NCBI GenBank assembly: GCA_963771175.1
Contig: CAVYSY010000051.1
Location: forward strand, 96,001 to 160,000
DNA length: 64,000 nt
Origin: an uncultured delta proteobacterium
Lineage (GTDB): Bacteria > Myxococcota > Myxococcia > Myxococcales > Myxococcaceae
Reading direction: 5' to 3'
Every line of letters starts with the position of its first letter. The first letter of the stretch is position 1. Position numbers and translations under genes: made by a program. The notes beneath the pieces were generated by a model that was not told where the DNA came from, did no database searches, and saw nothing but the letters and a program-made list of their open reading frames with translations. Below are positions 30,971 to 41,350 of the stretch, piece after piece.

Positions 30971-32932
30971 ATGAAGCTGCTCCTCGTCAGTGCCCAGGCT
31001 GGATGCACCGTGAGCCAGCTCCTCACGGAGTGGGGACACGAGGTGCGCCACGCCCCGGGAGTCGAGCAGGCGGGGAGGCTGCTCCGCGGGGTGGAAGGGG
31101 TGCTGGTGGCGGGAAGCGGCCGCTCGGTGGCCGAGGACATCGCCCGGTTGAACACCGCGGAGGTGCGGCCCCGGCCCTTCCTCCTGGCGCTCGTCCCCGC
31201 TTCGGCGGAGAAGGCTCCCCTGGAGGCGCTGCTGGCCGCGGCGGTGGATGACTTCCTGGTCATGCCCTTCGAGCCGGCGCAGCTCCAGACCCGGCTCGAG
31301 TGGCTCGGCCGGCGGAGGCGGACCGGGATGCAGGCCGCCCGGGAAGGCTCCTCCTCGCGCGGCGAGCTCGAGCGGCTGGCGGCCATCATCCAGACGCAGA
31401 ACGACATCGCGATCGCAGGACTCGAGCTCGAGAAGGTGATGTCACTCATCGCGGAGCGCGCCCTGCGGCTGTGCGGCGCGTCCGGTGCCTCGGTGTCGCA
31501 GGCCGAGGGCGACGAGCTGGTCTACCGCGTGACCACCGGGAGCTCGTTGAGCCATCGCGGCTTCCGGCTGAAGCTCGCCCAGAGCCTCACGGGGATGAGC
31601 ATCCTTCGCGGCGAGGTGCTCCACACCCGGGACACCGAGAATGATCCGCGGGTGAACGTGTACGCCACGCGCGCGACGGACATCCGCTCGATGATCATCG
31701 TCCCGTTCCGGTTGGGCGGGAGCACCGTGGGCGCGCTCAACGTCGTCTACAGCGAGCCCAACGCCTACGACGATCTGGACGTGCGGACCCTCGAGTTGAT
31801 GGGCCAGTTGCTCGGCGCGGCGATGCACAACGCCGCCGAGTTCGAGGCCAAGCGTCGCTCCGAGGAGAGCTTCCGCGCACTCATCGAGGGGCTGCCGGAG
31901 GCCATCTTCGTGCACCGGGGAGGCCGCCTGCTCTACGTCAACCCAGCGGGGCTCGCCTTCCTCGATCAGCGCTCCGCGGAGGGGCTCACCGGCATGTCGC
32001 TGCTCGAGCTCATCCACCCGGACGACCGTGGCCTGGCCGCCAGCGTGCTCGAGGCCACGGTCATCGGGGGCGGTCCCCCCGCTCGGGAGGTCCGCTTCCT
32101 GCGCGAGGGCGGCCAGGTGGTGACGGCGGAGCTCGGCGCGATGCGGCTGATCTTCGATGACGAGATGGCCACCGTGGTGACCGCGCGGGACATCACCGCG
32201 CGCAAGCAGATGCAGGCGCGCCTGCTGCTCGCCGACCGGCTGGCGAGCGTGGGCACCCTGGCGGCCGGCGTGGCGCATGAGATCAACAACCCGCTCGCCT
32301 TCGTCCTCTCCAACCTCGGCTTCCTCGAGGAGGACTTCCGGCGGCTCAGGGGCGAGGTTCCGGGAGAGCGATTGCAGGAGATGGAGCAGATCCTTCGCGA
32401 GACCCGCGAGGGGGCCGATCGGGTGCGGCACATCGTGCGAGACCTGCGGACCCTCTCGCGTGACGAAGGCGAGGAGCTCTCCGTCGTGGACGTGTGCGGC
32501 GTGGTCGAGTCGAGCGTGGGGCTGGTGCGCAACGAGCTGCGCCACCGCGCTCGGGTGGTGAAGGACCTCGAGCCGGTGCCGCCAGTGTGGGCGAGCGAAG
32601 GACGGCTGGGGCAGGTCCTGCTCAACCTGCTCATCAACGCCGCGCATTCTCTTCCCATCGGTCAGCCCGACCGGAACGAGGTTCGCGTGAGGGTGCGCAC
32701 CATCGGCGACCGGGTCGTCATCGAAGTGGCGGACACGGGGGAGGGGATTGCCCCCGAGATTCGTGATCGGATCTTCGATCCCTTCTTCACCACCAGGCCG
32801 GTGGGGATGGGGACGGGGCTCGGCCTGTCCATCTGCCATGGCATCGTGACGAGCCTGGGAGGGGAGATCTCCGTGGAGAGCGAGGTGGGGCAGGGCTCCA
32901 CCTTCCGACTTTCACTCCCCGCCGCGCGTTGA
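30971..32932 (+). CDS. sensor histidine kinase (degenerate REC, GAF, PAS, HisKA, HATPase)
   Basis: AAGVAHEINNPL, QVLLNLLINA, DTGEGI, FDPFFTT, GTGLGL. Confidence 0.95.
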   Translation: MKLLLVSAQAGCTVSQLLTEWGHEVRHAPGVEQAGRLLRGVEGVLVAGSGRSVAEDIARLNTAEVRPRPFLLALVPASAEKAPLEALLAAAVDDFLVMPFEPAQLQTRLEWLGRRRRTGMQAAREGSSSRGELERLAAIIQTQNDIAIAGLELEKVMSLIAERALRLCGASGASVSQAEGDELVYRVTTGSSLSHRGFRLKLAQSLTGMSILRGEVLHTRDTENDPRVNVYATRATDIRSMIIVPFRLGGSTVGALNVVYSEPNAYDDLDVRTLELMGQLLGAAMHNAAEFEAKRRSEESFRALIEGLPEAIFVHRGGRLLYVNPAGLAFLDQRSAEGLTGMSLLELIHPDDRGLAASVLEATVIGGGPPAREVRFLREGGQVVTAELGAMRLIFDDEMATVVTARDITARKQMQARLLLADRLASVGTLAAGVAHEINNPLAFVLSNLGFLEEDFRRLRGEVPGERLQEMEQILRETREGADRVRHIVRDLRTLSRDEGEELSVVDVCGVVESSVGLVRNELRHRARVVKDLEPVPPVWASEGRLGQVLLNLLINAAHSLPIGQPDRNEVRVRVRTIGDRVVIEVADTGEGIAPEIRDRIFDPFFTTRPVGMGTGLGLSICHGIVTSLGGEISVESEVGQGSTFRLSLPAAR

Positions 32933-33832
32933 CGGTGGGATCAGGCTCCTCAGGGGGGCGTCCTTCAGGCGGCGCTTCGCCTCCTTCGCGGGCAGTCCCG
33001 TGAAGTGCATCGCCAGCGCCACCTTCACCTCGCCCCCGGCCTGCTCCAGCAACCGCTTCGCCGCCGCGTGGGACAGGTCCGTCAGCTCCGCCACCATCCG
33101 CGCCGCCCTCGCCCGCAGCTTCACGTTCGTGGGTCGCACGTCCACCATCCGCCCCCGGTACACCTTCCCCAGCGCCACGAAGGCCGCCGTCGTCAGGGCG
33201 TTGAGGATCAGCTTCGTCGCTGTCCCGGCCTTCAGTCGCGTGCTTCCCGCCACCAGCTCCGGCCCCGTCTCGGCCAGCAGCACGTGATCGACCTTCAGCC
33301 GAGGGCCTGGCGGGTTGCAGCACACCAGCACGGTGCGAGCCCCGCGACGACGCGCCTCGTCCAGCGCGCCCAGCACGAAGGGCGTCCGCGCGCTCGCGGA
33401 GATGCCACACACCACGTCCCGGGGCCCCGCGCGCAGCTTGCGCACGGACGCGGCGCCGGCCTCGGCATCATCCTCGGCGCCTTCCACCGCGCGCGTCATC
33501 GCCCGGCGACCGCCGGCGATCACCGCCTGGACCTGGCTGGGGGAGGCTCCGAACGTTGGGGGGCACTCACTCGCGTCGAGCACCCCGAGGCGCCCGCTCG
33601 TGCCCGCTCCCACGTAGAGCAGACGGCCGCCCGCCCGCAATGCGTCCGCCACGGCCCGAGCTACTCTCGCCACTTCGGCCAGAGCAGGGCGGACCGCACG
33701 GACGGCGGCCACATCTTCTTGATGGAGGCGGCGGACGACCTCCTCGGTGGAGGCGAGGTCCAGGTCGTCCGAACGACGATGAAGCCGCTCGGTGGGCGGG
33801 AGCGCGATCCGTTTCGAGCGCGAGCTTCCCAC
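32912..33832 (-). CDS. murQ: N-acetylmuramic acid 6-phosphate etherase
   Basis: YVGAGTSGRLGVLDASECPPTFG, GSTRLKAGTATK; start approximate. Confidence 0.95.
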   Translation of the reverse strand: MGSSRSKRIALPPTERLHRRSDDLDLASTEEVVRRLHQEDVAAVRAVRPALAEVARVARAVADALRAGGRLLYVGAGTSGRLGVLDASECPPTFGASPSQVQAVIAGGRRAMTRAVEGAEDDAEAGAASVRKLRAGPRDVVCGISASARTPFVLGALDEARRRGARTVLVCCNPPGPRLKVDHVLLAETGPELVAGSTRLKAGTATKLILNALTTAAFVALGKVYRGRMVDVRPTNVKLRARAARMVAELTDLSHAAAKRLLEQAGGEVKVALAMHFTGLPAKEAKRRLKDAPLRSLIPPSTRGGE

Positions 33833-33852
33833 CCGCGAGCCCACCGGCCTTC

Positions 33853-34044
33853 TCAGGCCGCCTTGGTGACCTTGCCAGCCTTGATGCAGCGAGTGCACGC
33901 GAGCACGCGCTCCGTGCGACCCTCGACGGAGGCCCGGATCTTCTGCAGATTCGGGAGGGTCCGCTTCTTGGTCTTGTTGTTCGCGTGGCTGACGTTGTTG
34001 CCCACCAGCGGGCGCTTCCCGCAGATGTCGCATTTCCAAGCCAT
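33853..34044 (-). CDS. rpmB: 50S ribosomal protein L28 (Cys-containing form)
   Basis: [22 protein letters not shown]...PNLQ...CTRC. Confidence 0.98.
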   Translation of the reverse strand: MAWKCDICGKRPLVGNNVSHANNKTKKRTLPNLQKIRASVEGRTERVLACTRCIKAGKVTKAA

Positions 34045-34143
34045 GACTGCAACTCCTTGAAATCAGGGGCGAAAAGAAGGCCCGCCCAAATAGAGCGGCG
34101 GAACCTATCCACAAACCACCAGAAAATCCAGTCTGATCCGGCC

Positions 34144-35664
34144 TCAGCGCTTGAGGACGTCCTTCTTCTTCATCATTTCCTGCACCAGGCGCACGGCCCG
34201 CGTGCCGGCGAGGAACTCTCCCTCGAGGCCCAGGCCGGGGAGGATCTCCCTCCCGGCCAGCAGCACGTTCTTCGCGGGAGTGTGTTGCTTCAACCCGGTG
34301 ACGCCCAGCACCGCTTCCGAGTCGAACGTGTAATGAGGGTGCGGCATGAGCCGGCTGCCGCGTACCGCCCCGGCATCCAGGTAGGGGGCCGAGCGCAGCA
34401 GCCGCTTGTCCTTCGTGAAGGGCATCAGCGCATCCAGGTGCGCGTCGATGCGCAGGGCCAGCGACTGGAGGTAGCCCTCGCCCAGGTCGCGCACGCTGGC
34501 GGGTACGAAGCCTCCGGCGCACACCACTCGGAGCGAGGGATCATCCTTGCCGTCGGGCGTCCGGGCGGGGTGGAGCTGGACGAGCAGGGGGCCGAGCTCG
34601 ACGTCCTGGGTGTCCAGGAGCAGCAATTCGCCCATGCCCCGCGGGAGCACCGCCTCGGGCAGCACCCAGTTCACCGTGAAGAGGAAGGACTTGATGGTGG
34701 ACAGGTCGAGCTGCTCGCTCAGCGCGCGATGCTTCTTGCGGTCGGTGACGAGCCGCCGCAGCGCTCCCGCGTCCGTGGCGGACACCAGGCACGAGCCCCG
34801 GTAGAGCGTGTCCGAGCGCAGCAGCTTCACCGCGGAGAAGCGGCTTCCGTCGAAGTGCAGCTCCTCCACCACATAGGTGTCGGTGTTCTCGGGGCTGAGC
34901 AGATCGCCCCCCAGCTCGGTGAACCGGTCGAAGAGCACCTGGCGCAGGCCGTCGCGACCGCCCGGATAGCGCCAGGGCGTCTGCAGCGCCTGGGACAGGG
35001 GGCGCGTGCGCGCCAGGGGGGATTCCGGCTGGTCCAGGTGGACGACGAAGGGCAGCAGGCCCCGCAGCAACTTGGAGGGCTCGTCCTCCCCCGTCAGCTT
35101 CGGCTCCGTCTCGAGCCCCGGGTGCTGCCGCATGCGCTTCTTGAGGTTCCAGCCCTCCATGAAGCCGTCCGGCGGCAGGGGCGGGCCCTCCTTGAAGAAG
35201 GCATCGGAGGGCTCGTGCTGCGTGGTCGTGGCGGCGATGTCCGCGAGGAGCCGCTCGCCCTGCTCGCTGAACTCGCGGGTGAGCTCGGCGCGGCGGCGGG
35301 CCGTGTCGGTGTGCAGGTCCACCCGATGGCGCGGCAGCACGAGCTGCAGCTCGGGGAGATGGGGCTGCTGGTTGCGCTGGAACGTGGTGGTGAGGCCCAG
35401 CTCGGTGAAGGCCTCCTCCACCGAGGGCATCGTCTTGAGGGCCGGGGCGACGAAGGGGGCGTAGGGCAGCACGAAGCCATCGTGCTCGTAGCCCGGTCCC
35501 GTTCCATCGTGCTCCACCAGGAGCACGCTGTAGCCCCGCTTGGCCAGCAGTGCCGCGGCGAGCGCTCCACCGAGCTGGCTGCCCAGTATGATCACGTCAT
35601 AGACGTGCCGGGACGGGGCCTTGGTGGAGGGGTGGGGCTTGGATTTCGCGACGGGCATCGTCAT
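34144..35664 (-). CDS. phytoene desaturase-like FAD/NAD(P)-binding fold protein
   Basis: YDVIILGSQLGG...LLAKRGYSVLLVE; YPGG--GL; NVLLAG...PGLGLEG. Confidence 0.8.
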   Translation of the reverse strand: MTMPVAKSKPHPSTKAPSRHVYDVIILGSQLGGALAAALLAKRGYSVLLVEHDGTGPGYEHDGFVLPYAPFVAPALKTMPSVEEAFTELGLTTTFQRNQQPHLPELQLVLPRHRVDLHTDTARRRAELTREFSEQGERLLADIAATTTQHEPSDAFFKEGPPLPPDGFMEGWNLKKRMRQHPGLETEPKLTGEDEPSKLLRGLLPFVVHLDQPESPLARTRPLSQALQTPWRYPGGRDGLRQVLFDRFTELGGDLLSPENTDTYVVEELHFDGSRFSAVKLLRSDTLYRGSCLVSATDAGALRRLVTDRKKHRALSEQLDLSTIKSFLFTVNWVLPEAVLPRGMGELLLLDTQDVELGPLLVQLHPARTPDGKDDPSLRVVCAGGFVPASVRDLGEGYLQSLALRIDAHLDALMPFTKDKRLLRSAPYLDAGAVRGSRLMPHPHYTFDSEAVLGVTGLKQHTPAKNVLLAGREILPGLGLEGEFLAGTRAVRLVQEMMKKKDVLKR

Positions 35665-35753
35665 TGCGGCGCGCACACTACACACGTTGACGTGGGCTCG
35701 GCAGCGCTTTCCCGCTAAAGGGAGCCGAAAAGGGTCGGGAGGAGCGGGCGCTG

Positions 35754-36515
35754 CTACGGCTTGGGCGCCTCGGCGGGTTCCACCGGACGCCAGCGGGGTG
35801 CCTCGTCTTCGTCGGGGCGGCCCTCGAGGATCTCGTGGGGGCGGAACGTCCCCTTGTAGCGCAGCGAGGCGCACTCCTGGACGCGGTAGCCGAGGTAGAC
35901 GTGCGGGATGCCTCGCGCCCGGGCGATCTCCACCTGGAACACCACGTTGGCCGAGCCCGGCGAGCAGCGTGCGTAGGCGGGGTCGAAGAAGAAGTACACC
36001 GCGCTCCAGGCGTTGGGCGTCTCGTCGCAGATGCCCAGTCCCACCAGCCGGGAGCCGCCCTCGGCGGTGTCGTCGTAGTAGGCCACCTCGCGCGCGGACG
36101 GGTGCGGGAAGGCGAACTGGAGGAAGTAGTCGCGCAGGCCGAGCGGTGAGGCGTCCCACTCGCGCGACTGCTCTCGCTCGGCGTGCCAGGCACGGTAGAG
36201 CGCCAGCCGCTCCTCATCCACCCGGGGCGGGCCCACCTCCACGCGGAAGTGGGCGCATGCGGCGCGCGCCCGGCGCTGGCTGCGGTTGGGCTGGAAGGTG
36301 GCAGTGGGGATGCGCAGCGAGATGCACTGGTTGCAGGCCTGGCACGCCGGCCGGAAGTACAGCGGGCCGAAGCGGCGCCACCCGCGCACGAGCATCCGCT
36401 CGTACTCCTCGGGCGTCACGTCCTGCATCACCACCTGCTCCAGCGACGAGCGCTGGTCGGGCAGGTAGCTGCAGGTGCCGGGCGGCTCGACGGTATGTCC
36501 CAGGATGATGGCCAT
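35754..36515 (-). CDS. arginyltransferase / Bpt family aminoacyl-tRNA-protein transferase
   Basis: CSYLP, GWRRFG, RPACQACNQC, SAVYFFFDP, YLGY, YK--FRP. Confidence 0.93.
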   Translation of the reverse strand: MAIILGHTVEPPGTCSYLPDQRSSLEQVVMQDVTPEEYERMLVRGWRRFGPLYFRPACQACNQCISLRIPTATFQPNRSQRRARAACAHFRVEVGPPRVDEERLALYRAWHAEREQSREWDASPLGLRDYFLQFAFPHPSAREVAYYDDTAEGGSRLVGLGICDETPNAWSAVYFFFDPAYARCSPGSANVVFQVEIARARGIPHVYLGYRVQECASLRYKGTFRPHEILEGRPDEDEAPRWRPVEPAEAPKP

Positions 36516-36603
36516 GGCTTCGACTTCGTTCCTGGGGGTTGGCGGCTTTTCCGTCAAGCGGAACGGGTGGAGAGGCCGCCTGAAGGGTTGGGGGGCGGTC
36601 GCT

Positions 36604-37083
36604 TTACAGGTCCTCTTCGCTCAGCACGGTGAGCCCGGCCTGGGCGAGCAGCGCAGCCGTCACTCCCTGGCCCCGCACCACCATTCCATCCACGGACGTG
36701 CCCTGGGTGCCGCACGAGGGACTGCGCTCCTTCAGCAGCGCCACCCGCACTCCGAATCGCCGTGCCGCCGCCAGTGCCAGCTCCGCGCCCCGGAGGAAGG
36801 CCTCCGTCCGGTCCGTCCCCGACTCCACCTCCGCTGCCCGCGCCCGGCCCGCCAGCACCTCCGCTCCCGCGCCGCCCTTCAGATCCACCGGAGGGCGGGG
36901 GATTCCCAGGCCCGCCCCCGTCTCCGGGCACACGGGCACCACGTCCTTGCCCTCCAGCGCCTGCAGCACCTTGCTCGAGCCCTTCGACTTGCCGTCGTAC
37001 CGGCACGCCTCGCCCAGCAGGCACGCGCTCACCAACACCACCGGTGCCTCGCGCAGCGCCGCCACCCGCGCCTCGCGCGTCAT
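36604..37083 (-). CDS. DUF523 family (2-thiouracil desulfurase-like) protein
   Basis: VSACLLG--CRYDG, VCPE--GL-IPR, LKERSPSCG. Confidence 0.92.
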   Translation of the reverse strand: MTREARVAALREAPVVLVSACLLGEACRYDGKSKGSSKVLQALEGKDVVPVCPETGAGLGIPRPPVDLKGGAGAEVLAGRARAAEVESGTDRTEAFLRGAELALAAARRFGVRVALLKERSPSCGTQGTSVDGMVVRGQGVTAALLAQAGLTVLSEEDL

Positions 37084-37744
37084 TCTCGCTCTCCGGGGTT
37101 GCGCAGGCTCAGCTCTCCCACGGCCGGTCCCGCCGTCGTCACCACTCGCCCGCCCTCCAGCCGCACCACCCCCGTGGCCACCAGCTTCACCACCAGCGGG
37201 TACAGCCGGTGCTCCTCCTTCAGGATGCGCGCCGTCAGCGCCGCCTCGTCGTCTCCCGGCAGCACCGGCACCACCGCCTGCGCGATGATGGGGCCCGTGT
37301 CCATGCCCGCGATCCACGAAGTGCACTGTGCACCCGGCCACCTTCACCCCACGCTCCAGCGCCTGCCGCTGCGCGTGCAGCCCCGGGAAGGCCGGCAGCA
37401 GCGACGGGTGGATGTTCAGCACCTTCCCCGCGAAGCGCCCCAGGAAGTCCGTCCCCAGCAGCCGCATGAAGCCCGCCAGGCACACCCACTCCACGCCCGC
37501 CGACACCAGGGCGTCCACCAGCGCCTTCTCGAAGTCCGCCCGCGAGCCGAAGGCCTTGTGCTCCAGCACCACCACCGGCACTCCGGCCTTCCTCGCCCGC
37601 TCGAGCGCGAAGGCCGTGGGCACATTCGACACCACCACCGCCACCTCGGCCGGGAAGCCGGGCCTGCGCGCACGCGTCCAGCAGCGCCTGCAGGTTGCTC
37701 CCGCTGCCCGACACCAGCACGCCCAGCTTCATCCTTCCGCTCAT
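37080..37744 (-). CDS. purN: phosphoribosylglycinamide formyltransferase (two apparent frameshifts)
   Basis: [39 protein letters not shown] spread across three frames. Confidence 0.95.
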
Positions 37745-38779
37745 GGCTCGACGACCGCCGTGGCCTCTCCCTGGCCCGCCTCCACGCGGCCCACCTCCGA
37801 GGCCTCCACCCCGCGCGCCTTCAGCAGCGCCAGTGCCGCCGGCACGTCCGCCCTGGCCACCACCGCGATGAGGCCCAGGCCCATGTTGAAGGTGTCGTAC
37901 ATCTCCTTGCGCTCGACGCCGCCCAGCTTCTGGATGAGGTCGAAGATGGCCGGACGCTTCCACGTCTTCTCGTCCAGCACCGCCCTCGTCCCGTCCGGCA
38001 GGCACCGCGGCAGGTTGCCCGGAATGCCGCTGCCGGTGATGTGCGCGAAGCCCTTCACCTTCACCGCCTTCGCCAGCGCCAGCGCGTCCTTCACGTAGAT
38101 GCGCGTGGGCTCCAGCAGCGCGTCCGCCAGCGGCCGATCCAGGCCCTCGGGCACCGCGTCCAGCTTCAGCTTCGCGTCCTCCAGCAGCACCTTGCGCGCC
38201 AGCGAGTAGCCGTTGGAGTGCAGGCCGGACGAGGCCATGCCCGATGAGCGCGTCGCCGGGCGCCACGCTCTTGCCGTCGATGAGCTCCGAGCGCTCCACC
38301 ACGCCCACGCAGAAGCCGGCCAGGTCGTACTCGCCCCGAGCGTAGAAGCCCGGCATCTCCGCCGTCTCGCCGCCCAGCAGCGTGCACCCCGCCTGCTCAC
38401 AGCCCAGGGCGATGCCCTTCACCACCTCGGCCGCGGCGTCCACCTCCAGCCGCCCCGTGGCGAAGTAGTCCAGGAAGAAGAGCGGCTCGGCCCCACAGGT
38501 GAGGATGTCGTTGACGGACATGGCCACCAGGTCGATGCCCACCGTGTCGTGCCGGCCCGCCTGGAAGGCCACCTTCAGCTTGGTGCCCACCCCGTCCGTG
38601 CCCGCCACCAGCACCGGCTCCCGGTACTTGCCGGGTGGCAGGGCGAACAGGCCGCCGAAGCCGCCCACCCCCGCCACCACCTCCGGCCTCACCGTCCGCG
38701 CCGCATAGGGCTTGATGCGCTCGACGAACGCGTCGCCCGCCTCGATGTCCACTCCGGACTGCTTGTAGGTCGTTCCCAC
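37741..38779 (-). CDS. purM: phosphoribosylformylglycinamidine cyclo-ligase (one apparent frameshift)
   Basis: [46 protein letters not shown]. Confidence 0.96.
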
Positions 38780-38966
38780 GGCCGGGCCTTCTACTGGCTT
38801 CCCCCTCCGCTTGTCTCGGCCGGCAGCACCCCGGGTGTCACATTCGCGTCGTCCTGCACGTTCCACCTCCCGAGGTAGGCGTCTGGATGACACCTGGGGC
38901 CCGAAGGACACCAGATCGCGGTCGGAATTTGACCCTGTCGATGGGGACGGCTTAACTCGCCCTGCG

Positions 38967-39617
38967 ATGGGCGCCGAGGAAACCCTCTTTCAACGTTTCG
39001 GCAAGGAGTTCCCGAAGGGCACGGTCCTCTTCCGCGAGGGAGAGCCGGGCAAGGAGATGTTCGTCCTTCAATCGGGAAAAATTGCCATCTCCAAGCGCGT
39101 GCGGGACGTGGAGAAGGTGCTCGCCACGCTCGGGCCGGGGGAATTCTTCGGCGAGATGGCGATCATCTCCAACAAGCCGCGCAACGCCACCGCCACCGTG
39201 AGCGAGGACGCGAAGCTGCTGGTCATCGACCCCAAGACGTTCGAGGGGATGATCCGCGGCAACGCCGAGATCGCCGTGCGGATGATCAAGAAGCTGGCCG
39301 AGCGGCTGTCCGAGGCGGACGCGCAGATCGAGAACCTGCTGCTCGCCGACCCGGCCAGCCGGGTGGTCCACCACATCCTCCAGGTCTGCCAGACGCGCGG
39401 CCGGGCGATGGAGGAGGGGGTGGAGATCGAGCTGCCGGTGCGCGAGCTGCCCCGGCAGATCGGCGTGGGCGAGCCGGCCATCCGCAACATGCTGGACCGG
39501 TTGGAGCGCGCCGGACTCGTGGAGCGCGGCGGTGACAGACTCACCGTCTATGACACGGCTCGCCTCCACGACTTCCTCCAGTACCTGGAGATGAAGTGGA
39601 AGTTCGGAGATCTCTAG
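38967..39617 (+). CDS. Crp/Fnr family cNMP-binding regulator
   Basis: [23 protein letters not shown]-terminal HTH-like region. Confidence 0.93.
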   Translation: MGAEETLFQRFGKEFPKGTVLFREGEPGKEMFVLQSGKIAISKRVRDVEKVLATLGPGEFFGEMAIISNKPRNATATVSEDAKLLVIDPKTFEGMIRGNAEIAVRMIKKLAERLSEADAQIENLLLADPASRVVHHILQVCQTRGRAMEEGVEIELPVRELPRQIGVGEPAIRNMLDRLERAGLVERGGDRLTVYDTARLHDFLQYLEMKWKFGDL

Positions 39618-39618
39618 C

Positions 39619-40378
39619 GTGAAGCTCCAGGTCCTCGGCTGCCATGGCGGTGAGCTGCCCTCGTGCCGCACCACGTGCTTCCTCGTGGATGACGTGCTCT
39701 CGCTCGACGCGGGCGCGCTCACGAGCACGTTGTCGCTCGAGCAGCTCTGCAAGGTCGACGACATCCTCGTCGGCCACAGCCACTTCGATCACGTGAAGGA
39801 TCTGCCGCTGATGGCGGATCTGATCATCGGTCGGCGCGACAAGCCGGTCACCATCCACGCCTCGCGCGAGTGCGCCCGTGCGCTGCGCGAGAACATGTTC
39901 AACAACGCCCTCTGGCCGGACTTCACGCGCATCCCCACGCGCAAGGAGCCGGTGCTGCGCATCAAGGCCTTCCGGGCCGGCAGCACCTTCCAGGTGGGGC
40001 CCTACACGGTGCAGTCCATTCCGGTGCACCACCCGGTGGAGTCCTGCGGCTTCGTCATCACCCGACGGCCGCACCTCGCTGGCCATGAGCGGCGACACCG
40101 GCCCCACCGAAAAGCTGTGGAAGGTGCTCAACCAGACGCCCGAACCTCAAGGCGCTCCTGGTGGAGACGAGCTTCCCCAACGCGCTGCAGCAGCTGGCCG
40201 ACGTGTCCGGCCACCTCACCCCGCAGACGCTCAAGAGCGAGCTGGAGAAGTTCGAGCGCAACGGCGTCCACGGTGCTCCTCTACCACCTCAAGCCGGCCT
40301 TCATTCAGCCCACTGAAGCGGGAGCTGGCGGAGCTGCCGGTGGAGGTCCTGGAGCTGGGCGACACCTTCGAGTTCTAG
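39619..40378 (+). CDS. MBL-fold hydrolase, class II cyclic nucleotide phosphodiesterase-like (several apparent frameshifts)
   Basis: LDAG, GHSHFDH, VHHPV, SGDTGP, ETSFPN, GHLTP, YHLKP across frames. Confidence 0.85.
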
Positions 40379-40480
40379 GCCCGGTCGCCCCCCAGACGGA
40401 CGATTCGGGAGGTTTCCTGACGGGGCGCGGCAGTGCATGGGAGTTGACGGGCCCGGGGGAGTGGGATTAACGCCCCTTTC

Positions 40481-41332
40481 ATGGCCTGGTTCTCCAAGAA
40501 GCCCCGCATCGCCACCACTCCCGAGCCCATCGAAGCCCCCAGCCGCATGCAGGGGCTCTGGGCCAAGTGCGAGAGCTGCGACGAGATCATCTACCGGCAG
40601 GAGCTGGAGAAGAACCTCGAACGTCTGCCCGCACTGCGATCACCACCTGCCCTGGCCCGCTCGCGCCCGCCTCGAGGCGCTGTTGGATCCCGAACAGCTT
40701 CGAGGAGTTCGACAAGGAGCTGGAGCCGCAGGACCCGCTCGGCTTCACCGACTCGAAGAAGTACAAGGACCGGCTCAAGTCCACCCGCAAGGCGCTCGAC
40801 GAGAACGACGCCTTCATCTCCGGCGTGGGCCGCATCGAGGGCAAGCAGGTCTCCGTCGGCTGCTTCGTCTTCGAGTTCATGGGCGGCTCCATGGGCTCGG
40901 TGGTGGGCGAGAAGGTGCACGCGCGTCTTCGAGCGCGCCCTCGAGCTGAAGTGCCCCGCCATCGTCTTCTCGGCCTCGGGCGGCGCGCGCATGCAGGAGG
41001 GCATCTTCTCCCTCATGCAGATGGCCAAGACCAGCGCGGCCATCGCCCGCTTCCGCGCCGTGCGGCAAGCCCTACATCTCGGTGATGCTGCACCCCACCA
41101 CCGGCGGCGTGGCGGCCTCCTTCTCCTGGCTGGGCGACGTCATCCTCGCCGAGCCCAAGGCGCTCATCGGCTTCGCCGGTCCGCGCGTCATCGAGCAGAC
41201 CATCCGCCAGAAGCTCCCCGAGGGCTTCCAGCGCTCCGAGTTCCTGCTCGAGCACGGGATGATCGACGCCATCGTGCCGCGCAAGGAGCTGCGCGCGACG
41301 CTGGCGCAGGTGCATCGACCTGCTCGGGCTAG
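40481..41332 (+). CDS. accD: acetyl-CoA carboxylase carboxyltransferase beta subunit (apparent frameshifts)
   Basis: [53 protein letters not shown]. Confidence 0.96.
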   Translation: MAWFSKKPRIATTPEPIEAPSRMQGLWAKCESCDEIIYRQELEKNLERLPALRSPPALARSRPPRGAVGSRTASRSSTRSWSRRTRSASPTRRSTRTGSSPPARRSTRTTPSSPAWAASRASRSPSAASSSSSWAAPWARWWARRCTRVFERALELKCPAIVFSASGGARMQEGIFSLMQMAKTSAAIARFRAVRQALHLGDAAPHHRRRGGLLLLAGRRHPRRAQGAHRLRRSARHRADHPPEAPRGLPALRVPARARDDRRHRAAQGAARDAGAGASTCSG

Positions 41333-41350
41333 TCGACCCGCGCCCGCGCC

